Shown here: in pieces, positions 16,544-24,447 of the stretch | Position numbering within the stretch: position 1 is the stretch's first letter | How the letters are laid out: each line of letters begins with the position of its first letter | DNA from: Candidatus Woesearchaeota archaeon | GTDB lineage: Archaea > Nanobdellota > Nanobdellia > Woesearchaeales > JACRKL01 | NCBI GenBank assembly: GCA_016219835.1 | Contig: JACRKL010000043.1 | Span: forward strand, 1 to 32,486 | DNA: 32,486 nucleotides | Reading direction: 5' to 3' | Notes under the pieces: model-generated | Seen by the model: only the letters and a program-made list of their open reading frames with translations | What the model was told of the DNA's origin: nothing | Databases searched by the model: none | Translations under genes and position numbers: made by a program

Positions 16544-18106
16544 ATGACCGACAAACCCCTCGAACAACGGCTGGAAGAAACCTTTCAGCGATTGAAAGAG
16601 CAAGAAGCAGCGGAAGCTGCGAAGGGAACTGAACAGAGTACAGTTGGAGCACCCTATGAAACCAAAGCATCAAATCCTATGGGTCATTCATGGTTCAGAA
16701 AACTAGGGATAGGGATTACCGTTTTAGGGTTGGCTACACTTTGCTATGTGGGGATGCTAAAACCCACCCAATCTACCCTTACCTCAAACGTCTCTACTCC
16801 TGCCCTAGTACAGAAACTGCCTGATGGTGTTACTGCACTCAACTCAGCGTTCTACCAGATTGATTCTGTGATTACTCTTCCGTTAGGTAAACATTTTGTG
16901 GATAAAGATATTTGTGTTGCATCGACCGGGAAGCTTACACTCCTCCCCGGATCTGAATTGTATTTCGGCAAGGATGCAGGAATCTCGTGCAAAGGAAACT
17001 TGGAAGCTATCGGTGATCAACAGCGTCCCATCTTGTTTACTTCGTTAGGCGATTCATGGAAGAATATCGTCCTCACTTCCAACCAACCCTCTAAACTCTC
17101 CTATTGTATCTTCCGGCAGGGCCATGGTCGTGATCATGATGCTTACTTAGACCGACAACCCATGGCTTTCAGTGGTCAAATGAGAGGCGGAGCAATTTTA
17201 ATAGCAAACTCTAAAGCAGGTATTGACCATTGCACATTTGAGAATAACCAAGCGTATGAAGGCGGTGCTATTTTTCTTGATGATGCCAATGCAACAATCT
17301 CTTACTGTAATTTTTTTGATAATTCGGGTAGTACAAGAGGCGGAGGCATTGCAACCATGAACTCAAAGATCAGCATTAACCAGAACGTCTTCTCTAGGAA
17401 TAATAGCAGTTTTGGAGGCGGAGCATGGTTTTTTCGATCGGAAATCATGTTAATCGAAAACCTCTTTGAGGCTAATAACGCTGATGAGGGTGGCGGGTTA
17501 AAGTGTGAAGCAACAGGTGGTGGTATTTGGGATAATACTTTTAGAAGCAATCGGGCAACTCAGCGTGGTGCAGGATTAGACCTTCGTGGAAATTCTCCTG
17601 AAGGTCATAGCTTCCTTATGGAAGGAAATAAGATCCTCTCCAACGTTTGTACGGGGGAGTATTCTCGTGGTGGGGGTGTACATGCTGAGTACTTAGTAAT
17701 GCCGTTAATGAGTTGGAATCATGTTGAGGGAAATAAAGCTGAGTGTGGGGCAGGATTTTCGTTTATGGATAGTTCAGATATTTATCTTTCCCAGAATACA
17801 ATGGAGAACAATACTGCTTCTAACACTGGCGGAGGGATTTGGATGCAGCGCGTTAAGAAGATGTATATGCAAAAAAATCTCATAGGTTATAATACCGCAG
17901 GAAATGGGGTTGGAGGGATATTCTTTGCTGACATGAATTTATCTGGATTGTATACCTATGTCTGCAAAACCACCGCAACAACGGTAGACTACGATTCAAA
18001 GACTAGCGTTGGCATTAACTTAGTAGATCTTGATAAGAACACTATCATAACTGAATGGAAGAAGATGAATCATAATGTTGTTATTGGCAACACTCCTCCT
18101 CCCTAA
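16544..18106 (+). CDS. N-terminally anchored surface protein with right-handed parallel beta-helix (PbH1/Pmp-like) repeats (520 aa)
   Basis: Same N-terminal motif (LEQRLEETFQRLKEQEAAEAA) plus a TM helix. More than 10 repeats of the GGAI/GGGI...F..N type follow (e.g. GGAILIANSKAGIDHCTFENN, GGAIFLDDANATISYCNFFDN, GGGIATMNSKISINQNVFSRN). Confidence 0.8.
   Translation: MTDKPLEQRLEETFQRLKEQEAAEAAKGTEQSTVGAPYETKASNPMGHSWFRKLGIGITVLGLATLCYVGMLKPTQSTLTSNVSTPALVQKLPDGVTALNSAFYQIDSVITLPLGKHFVDKDICVASTGKLTLLPGSELYFGKDAGISCKGNLEAIGDQQRPILFTSLGDSWKNIVLTSNQPSKLSYCIFRQGHGRDHDAYLDRQPMAFSGQMRGGAILIANSKAGIDHCTFENNQAYEGGAIFLDDANATISYCNFFDNSGSTRGGGIATMNSKISINQNVFSRNNSSFGGGAWFFRSEIMLIENLFEANNADEGGGLKCEATGGGIWDNTFRSNRATQRGAGLDLRGNSPEGHSFLMEGNKILSNVCTGEYSRGGGVHAEYLVMPLMSWNHVEGNKAECGAGFSFMDSSDIYLSQNTMENNTASNTGGGIWMQRVKKMYMQKNLIGYNTAGNGVGGIFFADMNLSGLYTYVCKTTATTVDYDSKTSVGINLVDLDKNTIITEWKKMNHNVVIGNTPPP
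16566..16620 (+). repeat. 55-nt near-identical segment, copy 2 (5' end of CDS 16544)
   Basis: See copy 1. The hairpin is retained with one G-U wobble (ctggaag-aaac-ctttcag, 16571-16588). Confidence 0.85.
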
Positions 18107-18122
18107 TATGGTGATCTAAAAA

Positions 18123-18947
18123 ATGACTCTTGAATCCCAACTCAAACATGCTTGGATCCGCATGATCTACCATGACGGCATCAGTGATCTTATATGTGAA
18201 TCGCTGTTTGCAATGCCGGGCTGGGATGATGTCTTTGCGAAGCTGGAAGATCCCTCGCTTCTTTCATTATGGTCTTCTTATATGTCCGCATGGCTTGGCA
18301 ATCCATCAGATCGACAATCGCTCCAAGAGGATCCCGCCTATGCACCTGCTGTTTCCCTCCGGAATCAATATCGCCCTTATCTTCTCTCCATCAAAGAACT
18401 CTTGGACAGCCATGGTGAAGATCATGGCTACTTGCGTGCTTCTTTCTTGAAAGGGCTTGCAGATGCAAACACCACATCAGCGGATGATCCGCTTCCGATA
18501 TTGGTGAGGGAATATCTCGATCTCTATCAGCATACCGAGATGGTATGGTCAGCTCACTCTCCCTCAACAAATAGTTCTGTTGGTCTCTCGTTTAGGGAAT
18601 TTTACCGGGAGAAGAGAGAACGAATGAAGAGCATGCCGTGGGATTTCACCGTCCAGACGCCGTATGGGATCTTCCAACGTCAAGTGAATGATTCCTCGCT
18701 TCAGGTATCCCTCTCAGGAAAGCCCGTTGTTGAAGCCGTTGGTTACCTGATGGCATCCAGTTCTCCACATGATCTGTCGATTCCATTCTTGTATGATCTT
18801 GCTCATGGAAACGCGTTTTACGCGTCTTGTGAAGGCAGCAGCATCGACCGTTCCGTGCCGCTCTTCAACTTCCTGCTCGGCAGGTCAGAGAAAAATGGCA
18901 GGATGGTTTGTGCGATTGAATTGATAACAGGTGAGCACCATGGGTGA
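18123..18947 (+). CDS. Hypothetical protein; C-terminal region resembles the two downstream beta-grasp-like proteins (274 aa)
   Basis: GGTGAT RBS upstream. The C-terminus ...LFNFLLGRSEKNGRMVCAIELITGEHHG parallels ...THFLKIGTSDPYLLCEIRIY and ...PFLLAKHF..KPYRLCEMRMM of the next two products. Confidence 0.6.
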   Translation: MTLESQLKHAWIRMIYHDGISDLICESLFAMPGWDDVFAKLEDPSLLSLWSSYMSAWLGNPSDRQSLQEDPAYAPAVSLRNQYRPYLLSIKELLDSHGEDHGYLRASFLKGLADANTTSADDPLPILVREYLDLYQHTEMVWSAHSPSTNSSVGLSFREFYREKRERMKSMPWDFTVQTPYGIFQRQVNDSSLQVSLSGKPVVEAVGYLMASSSPHDLSIPFLYDLAHGNAFYASCEGSSIDRSVPLFNFLLGRSEKNGRMVCAIELITGEHHG

Positions 18948-19326
18948 ACAAGACTTTTTGCTCTTGCCAGTACAGATTGAGCTGTATTACCAGACTCAGA
19001 TCTATGGCGCTTATTTCCGTCCGGATGAGGAGCAGAAAAAACTGCTGAGAGATATGACCTTGAATGAAGCTATCGCATTCAGCTGGCATCATGCATCATG
19101 CGCCAGAGCAATTCCTGAGCTCAAGGTATTAGTTTCCTATCCTATCGAAGCTCGTGTCTTCCATCATACCTATCGGAAAATGTTCGATGGTTCCGGCACG
19201 TGTCTTGTTGATGAGCTTGCCAGAAGATTTGTTGATCCAACTCATTTCCTGAAGATAGGGACGTCTGATCCTTATCTTCTTTGCGAGATTCGCATCTATC
19301 ATGAAAACAGGAGGGATGTACCATGA
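18940..19326 (+). CDS. Beta-grasp-like protein, paralogue of the 19323 product, no di-glycine (128 aa)
   Basis: ATGGGTGA start/stop overlap with the upstream gene. It aligns with the next product over the whole domain: PVQIELYYQ/PLVIRLYPE, MTLNEAIAFSW/ITIADAVRFAM, LKVLVSY/IKLVIGS, PYLLCEIRIY/PYRLCEMRMM. Confidence 0.55.
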   Translation: MGEQDFLLLPVQIELYYQTQIYGAYFRPDEEQKKLLRDMTLNEAIAFSWHHASCARAIPELKVLVSYPIEARVFHHTYRKMFDGSGTCLVDELARRFVDPTHFLKIGTSDPYLLCEIRIYHENRRDVP

Positions 19327-19763
19327 GTGAAGAAACCATAGATTTAATGACGCAGCCGCTGGTGATACGATTGTATCCGGAAAGTAATCTTACGGGCATT
19401 GAATCAAAGTGCCAAGATGATCGGAGAAAAGGGCTAATAACCATTGCAGACGCTGTTCGATTTGCGATGGAGAATTACCAGAAGACTAGTTATTCGGCAA
19501 CGAATTATAATTCCTTGAAGAAACTCGTAGACAAGCCCAGCGGTATTAAATTAGTTATTGGTTCATCGACCTATGGCTTTAAGGATCTCCATGGTACGAC
19601 TATTTCGACTCCGCCTTTTCTGTTAGCGAAGCATTTCTCTCCTCAGGTCGATCGAGACTTAAAGCCCTATCGTCTTTGTGAAATGAGAATGATGGATGTA
19701 GGAGGAGATGTATTAGGAGGGTTGTATGGATCAGACTTATCTGACCGAATTGGCTCGAAGTAA
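19323..19763 (+). CDS. Candidate ubiquitin-like modifier precursor (146 aa)
   Basis: ATGA overlap and AGGAGGG RBS. The strand-helix-strand pattern is compatible with a beta-grasp fold. The terminal strand YRLCEMRMMDV is followed by G127-G128 (nt 19701-19706) and an 18-aa tail containing a second LGG. It lies directly upstream of the E2-like/JAB/E1 genes. Confidence 0.5.
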   Translation: MSEETIDLMTQPLVIRLYPESNLTGIESKCQDDRRKGLITIADAVRFAMENYQKTSYSATNYNSLKKLVDKPSGIKLVIGSSTYGFKDLHGTTISTPPFLLAKHFSPQVDRDLKPYRLCEMRMMDVGGDVLGGLYGSDLSDRIGSK

Positions 19764-20916
19764 TCTGGTGCTTATCGCACTGGATCGAATCTTTGAAGTA
19801 AGCATGAAGGGATCTCATCATCCCTTTTGGTGCAACTTCTCAGGTCAATACTGTGGATTGAGGGAGTCGGAGATGATCCGCTACTTTGAGAACCAGCTGA
19901 TGACTCCTTTGCTTTTCAAGGATTCTTCCGTTCCCCAGATAATCGAAACGCTTGGTCAGCTTAACGGACGCATAGCTAACGCACAAAAAAAGATGGAACG
20001 GAATGCTCTTGAAGCATTTATTGAGAATTTCCTGAATGACTGGAGCATTGGTGGAAGGCTCAAAAAGCAACGGAACACTGATCAGCAACCGATGGAGATT
20101 CCTTCTCTTGATGCATACTCATTCCACGAAGGAGATGGCACAGATTATGTGCTCCAGCGGTTGCTTCCTTCTCCGGGAGCGCTTATAGCAAGTAAGGATG
20201 TTTTCCATTTGGTCCCTTATGATGGCGGAAATACTCGTGTGAATATGGGCGATCAGTCTTTCTCTCTACGATACCATACCTCGTTAGCAGAACTCGAGAA
20301 ATCCTACACCCGTGAGCTTTCAAAACATTGCTCACATAAACAAACCATCTTGATAAATCAGTACCAGTCCATTGCACAATCTCTTGAACGGATGATTACG
20401 GAGATTGAAGCATCTAGTGTTCCTGCAGAAAATGCGAGGGGCGAGGTTGGCTGGTTCAAGGAAGACGGCAATTACTATCTGTACATTGTAAAGGATAATT
20501 TCACACTGGAAGAGGAGGGGATCGTTTGCAGATTCCCTTCTTGCAAGTTAGGGGTTCGGTTGATCTTGACTGGAAAAACGATCAGTTATGATTCTAATTC
20601 AAGTACTGGGGCAACACGTATATTCTTTTCTCGCAGTATTAAAGATGGCAAAGAAGTCGGTGATATGCAGAGTCTCAAGAATGGAGTATATAAACATCCA
20701 GCAACTACTACTAACGGGAGCGTTCCTTACCCCTACTTATGCGTAAGCGGCACCAATCTACCTAAACCCTCCGAAACTCTTTCATCTGCTGCATGCCTAC
20801 GAACAGTACTCTCAAAACTCCATCTGGTCATTGAGCATGGGTATCATGGAGGAACAGTGCACGTATATCGTCATCTCAGTGACTCTTCATTTGAACCGTT
20901 CAAGGTGAGGCCATGA
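19726..20916 (+). CDS. Hypothetical protein; possible E2 (UBC-fold)-like C-terminal domain (396 aa)
   Basis: GGAGGG RBS 5 nt upstream. In residues ~215-375, a helix, four strand-like segments, then YKHP-x13-LC(339)VSG and a following helix (LSSAACLRTVLSKLHLVIE) resemble the E2 HPN...Cys active-site layout. Its position between the Ubl and JAB/E1 genes supports the call. The CDS is confident; the function is tentative. Confidence 0.4.
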   Translation: MDQTYLTELARSNLVLIALDRIFEVSMKGSHHPFWCNFSGQYCGLRESEMIRYFENQLMTPLLFKDSSVPQIIETLGQLNGRIANAQKKMERNALEAFIENFLNDWSIGGRLKKQRNTDQQPMEIPSLDAYSFHEGDGTDYVLQRLLPSPGALIASKDVFHLVPYDGGNTRVNMGDQSFSLRYHTSLAELEKSYTRELSKHCSHKQTILINQYQSIAQSLERMITEIEASSVPAENARGEVGWFKEDGNYYLYIVKDNFTLEEEGIVCRFPSCKLGVRLILTGKTISYDSNSSTGATRIFFSRSIKDGKEVGDMQSLKNGVYKHPATTTNGSVPYPYLCVSGTNLPKPSETLSSAACLRTVLSKLHLVIEHGYHGGTVHVYRHLSDSSFEPFKVRP

Positions 20917-22943
20917 GGACTCTCCATAATCTGAGACAGCCGATCCATGGTGAAGAAATCAACGTAGCAACTACCCCTATGGAGAAACTAATGACGATTG
21001 CTGAGATCATGGACTTTCTGGAGTTCCGCGTTATTTCCTTGTCTTATCCTGGGCCTTATGAACGCGTCATTCAGGATTTTTATATCCCGTATCAGAAAGT
21101 GACCGGGGCATCTGCTGATCACGATGATCTTGATGTCATTGAGGATTATTCCCTTCTGCGCAACAACGGGTTTCGTATCCTTGGCATCGCACACGGTCAT
21201 GGTAAATTTCAACCATTCCACTCTGCAAAAGATGACGAGGCAATCGAAAAGGTATTATTACGTTCGTGGGATCACCAAAAACAGCTGAACCACATTTATT
21301 TTAGTCTCGCCAATGGACTTGAAGAGATGGATGAGCAACATCTCTCGATTACCGGGTTTAATGAAATGGACTTTACCCTAATGATGGATTGGTCGCGGCA
21401 GGCTACAAATAAGACATTCTGTACAGAGGAAGTAACTAAGATCAAGGAAAATCTACGGGGAAGGACATTGAAGAGTCTTCGTGGTGAAGTCTCTAGTCTG
21501 GTTGTCAACGGTACTGCAAGGGATATCTATGCGATGAAACGCATTCGCGAGGATCATTTCATCTTCTTTCCAGATGACAAAGATATGTATCGTGAGATCC
21601 AGAACCAATCTCGTGCTCAATTTGTTCGTGAGGGCAATAGTGTCCGATACAGCCTTGAGACTGCAGTTGTGCAGAGGGATGATATTCAGCTGGATGGATT
21701 TCAAGTAGATCTTCTCGTTGAAGAATTACGGGAGAAGGTGCAGGTCTGTGGCAATCGCGTTCCGGAGGCATTACGGAAGTCATATGCACTATATGGTCGA
21801 GAACAGGCGTATGCTCCAGATAGAAGTCTTGAGCGTTGGGGGTATCATATCCCGGTTATTCAGAAATCGGCGTTCGAGCAGCCGATTATTGAACTGCCAG
21901 TCATTGCACCGCCAAGAACCGATGGACTGGAAGATCACCTTGTTGCACCAGAGTTTCGTTCATTAGACGATGGAACTCTCCATCAACCGACTACTGATGG
22001 AGATAATATCCTGGTTTCAGAACCCCATGAACAGAACGTAGACGTTTCATCTCTCAAACCGCTAGCGACCGATGAGAATCTTCCTGCCATTGCTGTTCCG
22101 TTAGAAGTGGCTGAATGCAAAGCACCAGTGGTAGTGCATATTCCTATTTATGCTCCGCCTGGTTCCGAAATCCCTATCGAAGTTCCTATCCGGGTAGTAT
22201 CACCAACTGCTCATGCAGAGGTATTGCATCCTGCAACTCCTGCGAATACAACTCTAGATGGTAATCTCCATACGGATCTGGAATTATTCAGTCAATACAC
22301 TGAAGAGATTCATGGGAAACCGACCATTGAAGCGATCATCGGCAAACCAAACATGGCATCTCCTGAACCAGATCTTTTGCCAGAGAATTCTGTTGAGCTT
22401 TCACCTCTAGTTGTTGCTCCATCCCCTTTTGTTCCTGCACATTCTATTGCTCAAGCTACCACTGCTCCGGAAGCAGCTCCTGTTCCAAGAGTCTATGCTA
22501 TGATCCAATGCGATCCAGAAGATCGGCATGCGGATGTTGTTCGTTGTTATGAGGAGTTATTCATTCAACAGGATGACTATGTTTTACGTTCAAGTTTACT
22601 TCATAACCTTCAATCAATGTATGGCGAAGTACAAAGAGATTATCCTTCGATGAGAGTTCTGTTAGATCCGTTAGAGGGGCTCATTGAGCGTGTCTCTTCC
22701 AAACTCTCCCAAGCCAAGACATTTCAGCATTCCATCAAAGATCGTGCATCAGAGAAAGAGCGACTCCATGGCTTTGGGAAATTAACTTCATCTGACTTTC
22801 AGGAGCTGTTGCGCCTTCGTAATGGATTCTGCCAGTTAGGTCACTATGATCGAGCAGCAGATTTGCAGAAACTAGTGGTGGGAATTCAGAACCATGAAGG
22901 TATTTACCCCTTAGTGCATGCCGGAGCGGATAAGCATGGTTGA
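20913..22943 (+). CDS. JAB/MPN+ (JAMM) metalloprotease domain protein with long Pro-rich and helical C-terminal extension (676 aa)
   Basis: E37, then ~57 aa, then H94-G-H96-x7-S104-x2-D107 (ILGIAHGHGKFQPFHSAKDD, nt 21192-21233), an exact HxHx7Sx2D JAMM signature. ATGA overlap with the upstream gene. Confidence 0.85.
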   Translation: MRTLHNLRQPIHGEEINVATTPMEKLMTIAEIMDFLEFRVISLSYPGPYERVIQDFYIPYQKVTGASADHDDLDVIEDYSLLRNNGFRILGIAHGHGKFQPFHSAKDDEAIEKVLLRSWDHQKQLNHIYFSLANGLEEMDEQHLSITGFNEMDFTLMMDWSRQATNKTFCTEEVTKIKENLRGRTLKSLRGEVSSLVVNGTARDIYAMKRIREDHFIFFPDDKDMYREIQNQSRAQFVREGNSVRYSLETAVVQRDDIQLDGFQVDLLVEELREKVQVCGNRVPEALRKSYALYGREQAYAPDRSLERWGYHIPVIQKSAFEQPIIELPVIAPPRTDGLEDHLVAPEFRSLDDGTLHQPTTDGDNILVSEPHEQNVDVSSLKPLATDENLPAIAVPLEVAECKAPVVVHIPIYAPPGSEIPIEVPIRVVSPTAHAEVLHPATPANTTLDGNLHTDLELFSQYTEEIHGKPTIEAIIGKPNMASPEPDLLPENSVELSPLVVAPSPFVPAHSIAQATTAPEAAPVPRVYAMIQCDPEDRHADVVRCYEELFIQQDDYVLRSSLLHNLQSMYGEVQRDYPSMRVLLDPLEGLIERVSSKLSQAKTFQHSIKDRASEKERLHGFGKLTSSDFQELLRLRNGFCQLGHYDRAADLQKLVVGIQNHEGIYPLVHAGADKHG

Positions 22944-24447
22944 TTTCAGTCGGCAGGAAGTCATCTGGGGGAAAGCAGGTCAGGAAGTTCTTGCATCCAC
23001 CAATCTTGTCGTTCTTGGGGCAGAGAATCTCGGCAGGGAAATCGTGAAGTCTGCTGCAATTCTCGGTATCGGGGAAGTTGGCAAAGGGAAAATTCATGTC
23101 GCTTCCAATTATCGTGCTACTGCTGCTGATATGTTCCTAGATCTCCCATTTGAAGAGGGCAGTTTAGTCGTCCGAAGCCTTCCTTCGATGATCTCCCGTC
23201 TGAATCCTACTACGTCAATCATTCCGTTTCATGGTGATCCAACAGTTCATTACCTTTCCCATCTAGGCACCATTGATGGTATCATTTCCACCGTTAATGA
23301 TCCTCGTATACAGGAGTTGGTATTGGAGTATGCTTCATCCAAGAAAATTCCTCTCTTCCTGCTTTCAACTGATCTTTGTAAAGGGACGTTGTCTCCCGGG
23401 ATTGACCGTATAGCTGGTTATGATGGTAGTATCCAAGGAACTATCGTAAGCAATATCTTCGCTGGCGTAACTCTGGAAGAATGCCGGAAACAATTATTTC
23501 TGAAGAACCAACGTAAATTTAAGGACACTCGTGTGATGCTGAGGGATGGAACCATTCAAGAATATTTTAAGGTTATTGGTGATGATATCCGTCTTGACCG
23601 TGCGTTCACGTATTCCATCAATGGTGATCGCATGGGTCAAGGGTCGGAATGGATGCTTGGTGAGGGCGACCTTTCAGGGAAGAAGATTATGATCTTAGGT
23701 GGCGGTGCAATCGGCAATTATGTTGCTGATATCCTTGCTCGGTTTTTCCCTTCTCGCTTGGACGTTGTTGATTTTGATGTTTATGAAGAACACAATCTTA
23801 ACCGACAGCCGCTTGCGTATGGTCAGATTGGACGAAAAAAAAGCGAGGTTCTTGCTGAACGAATCCGAACGATCAGCCGGGGGAAAACTGCATCTCAGGC
23901 ATTCTTTGCCAAGATTGAAGAATCCAGCTCCAGCAAGGAAGCATATCGGTCTATTGGCCGTTCATGGCTCGAGTTACATCCTTATGACCTGCTGGTAGGA
24001 TGCTTTGACCGATTTGACGTCCGGAAGTTTGTTCATGAATGTGCTCTCACTTTACAGACGCCCTATGCGGATTTAGGTTCTTCTCCCCAAGGTGGCAGGG
24101 TTAATCTCTATGTTCCGGGAAAGACTCGGTGCCTTGATTGCAGTTACGGCATTCATCAGGTCTATGCAAATGATGTGATTCTGAGGACCAAACATGAAGC
24201 CGCCAGGGCTCGTGTTGTTGCAGGTAACCCTTCAGGGATAGATCATCTTCACTGCCGTGATGTAGAAGGAAGTGTGAACATGAGTAACCAGATCGTTGCC
24301 GGACTCTTTGCCGGTGAAATGAGAAAAGTATTCTCCTCCGATTATGGGAATATCTGCGACTTCTTGAAATACCGAGGGGAAAGTGGCATGAAGATTCAGT
24401 GGGAACCAGATACTAAACCTTGTTCTTGTTCGGGGAGGAAATCATGA
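22936..24447 (+). CDS. ThiF/MoeB/E1-like Ubl-activating enzyme with tandem inactive plus active adenylation domains (503 aa)
   Basis: The C-terminal half carries MILGGGAIGNYVADIL (nt 23698-), DVVDFDVYEEHNLNRQ, then CLDC and later CSC (Zn-site-like). The N-terminal half has the same fold pattern (FSRQEVIWGKAGQEVL..NLVVLGAENLG...) but degenerate nucleotide-binding motifs. ATGGTTGA overlap with the JAB gene; ATG at 22918 is an alternative start. Confidence 0.85.
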   Translation: MVDFSRQEVIWGKAGQEVLASTNLVVLGAENLGREIVKSAAILGIGEVGKGKIHVASNYRATAADMFLDLPFEEGSLVVRSLPSMISRLNPTTSIIPFHGDPTVHYLSHLGTIDGIISTVNDPRIQELVLEYASSKKIPLFLLSTDLCKGTLSPGIDRIAGYDGSIQGTIVSNIFAGVTLEECRKQLFLKNQRKFKDTRVMLRDGTIQEYFKVIGDDIRLDRAFTYSINGDRMGQGSEWMLGEGDLSGKKIMILGGGAIGNYVADILARFFPSRLDVVDFDVYEEHNLNRQPLAYGQIGRKKSEVLAERIRTISRGKTASQAFFAKIEESSSSKEAYRSIGRSWLELHPYDLLVGCFDRFDVRKFVHECALTLQTPYADLGSSPQGGRVNLYVPGKTRCLDCSYGIHQVYANDVILRTKHEAARARVVAGNPSGIDHLHCRDVEGSVNMSNQIVAGLFAGEMRKVFSSDYGNICDFLKYRGESGMKIQWEPDTKPCSCSGRKS

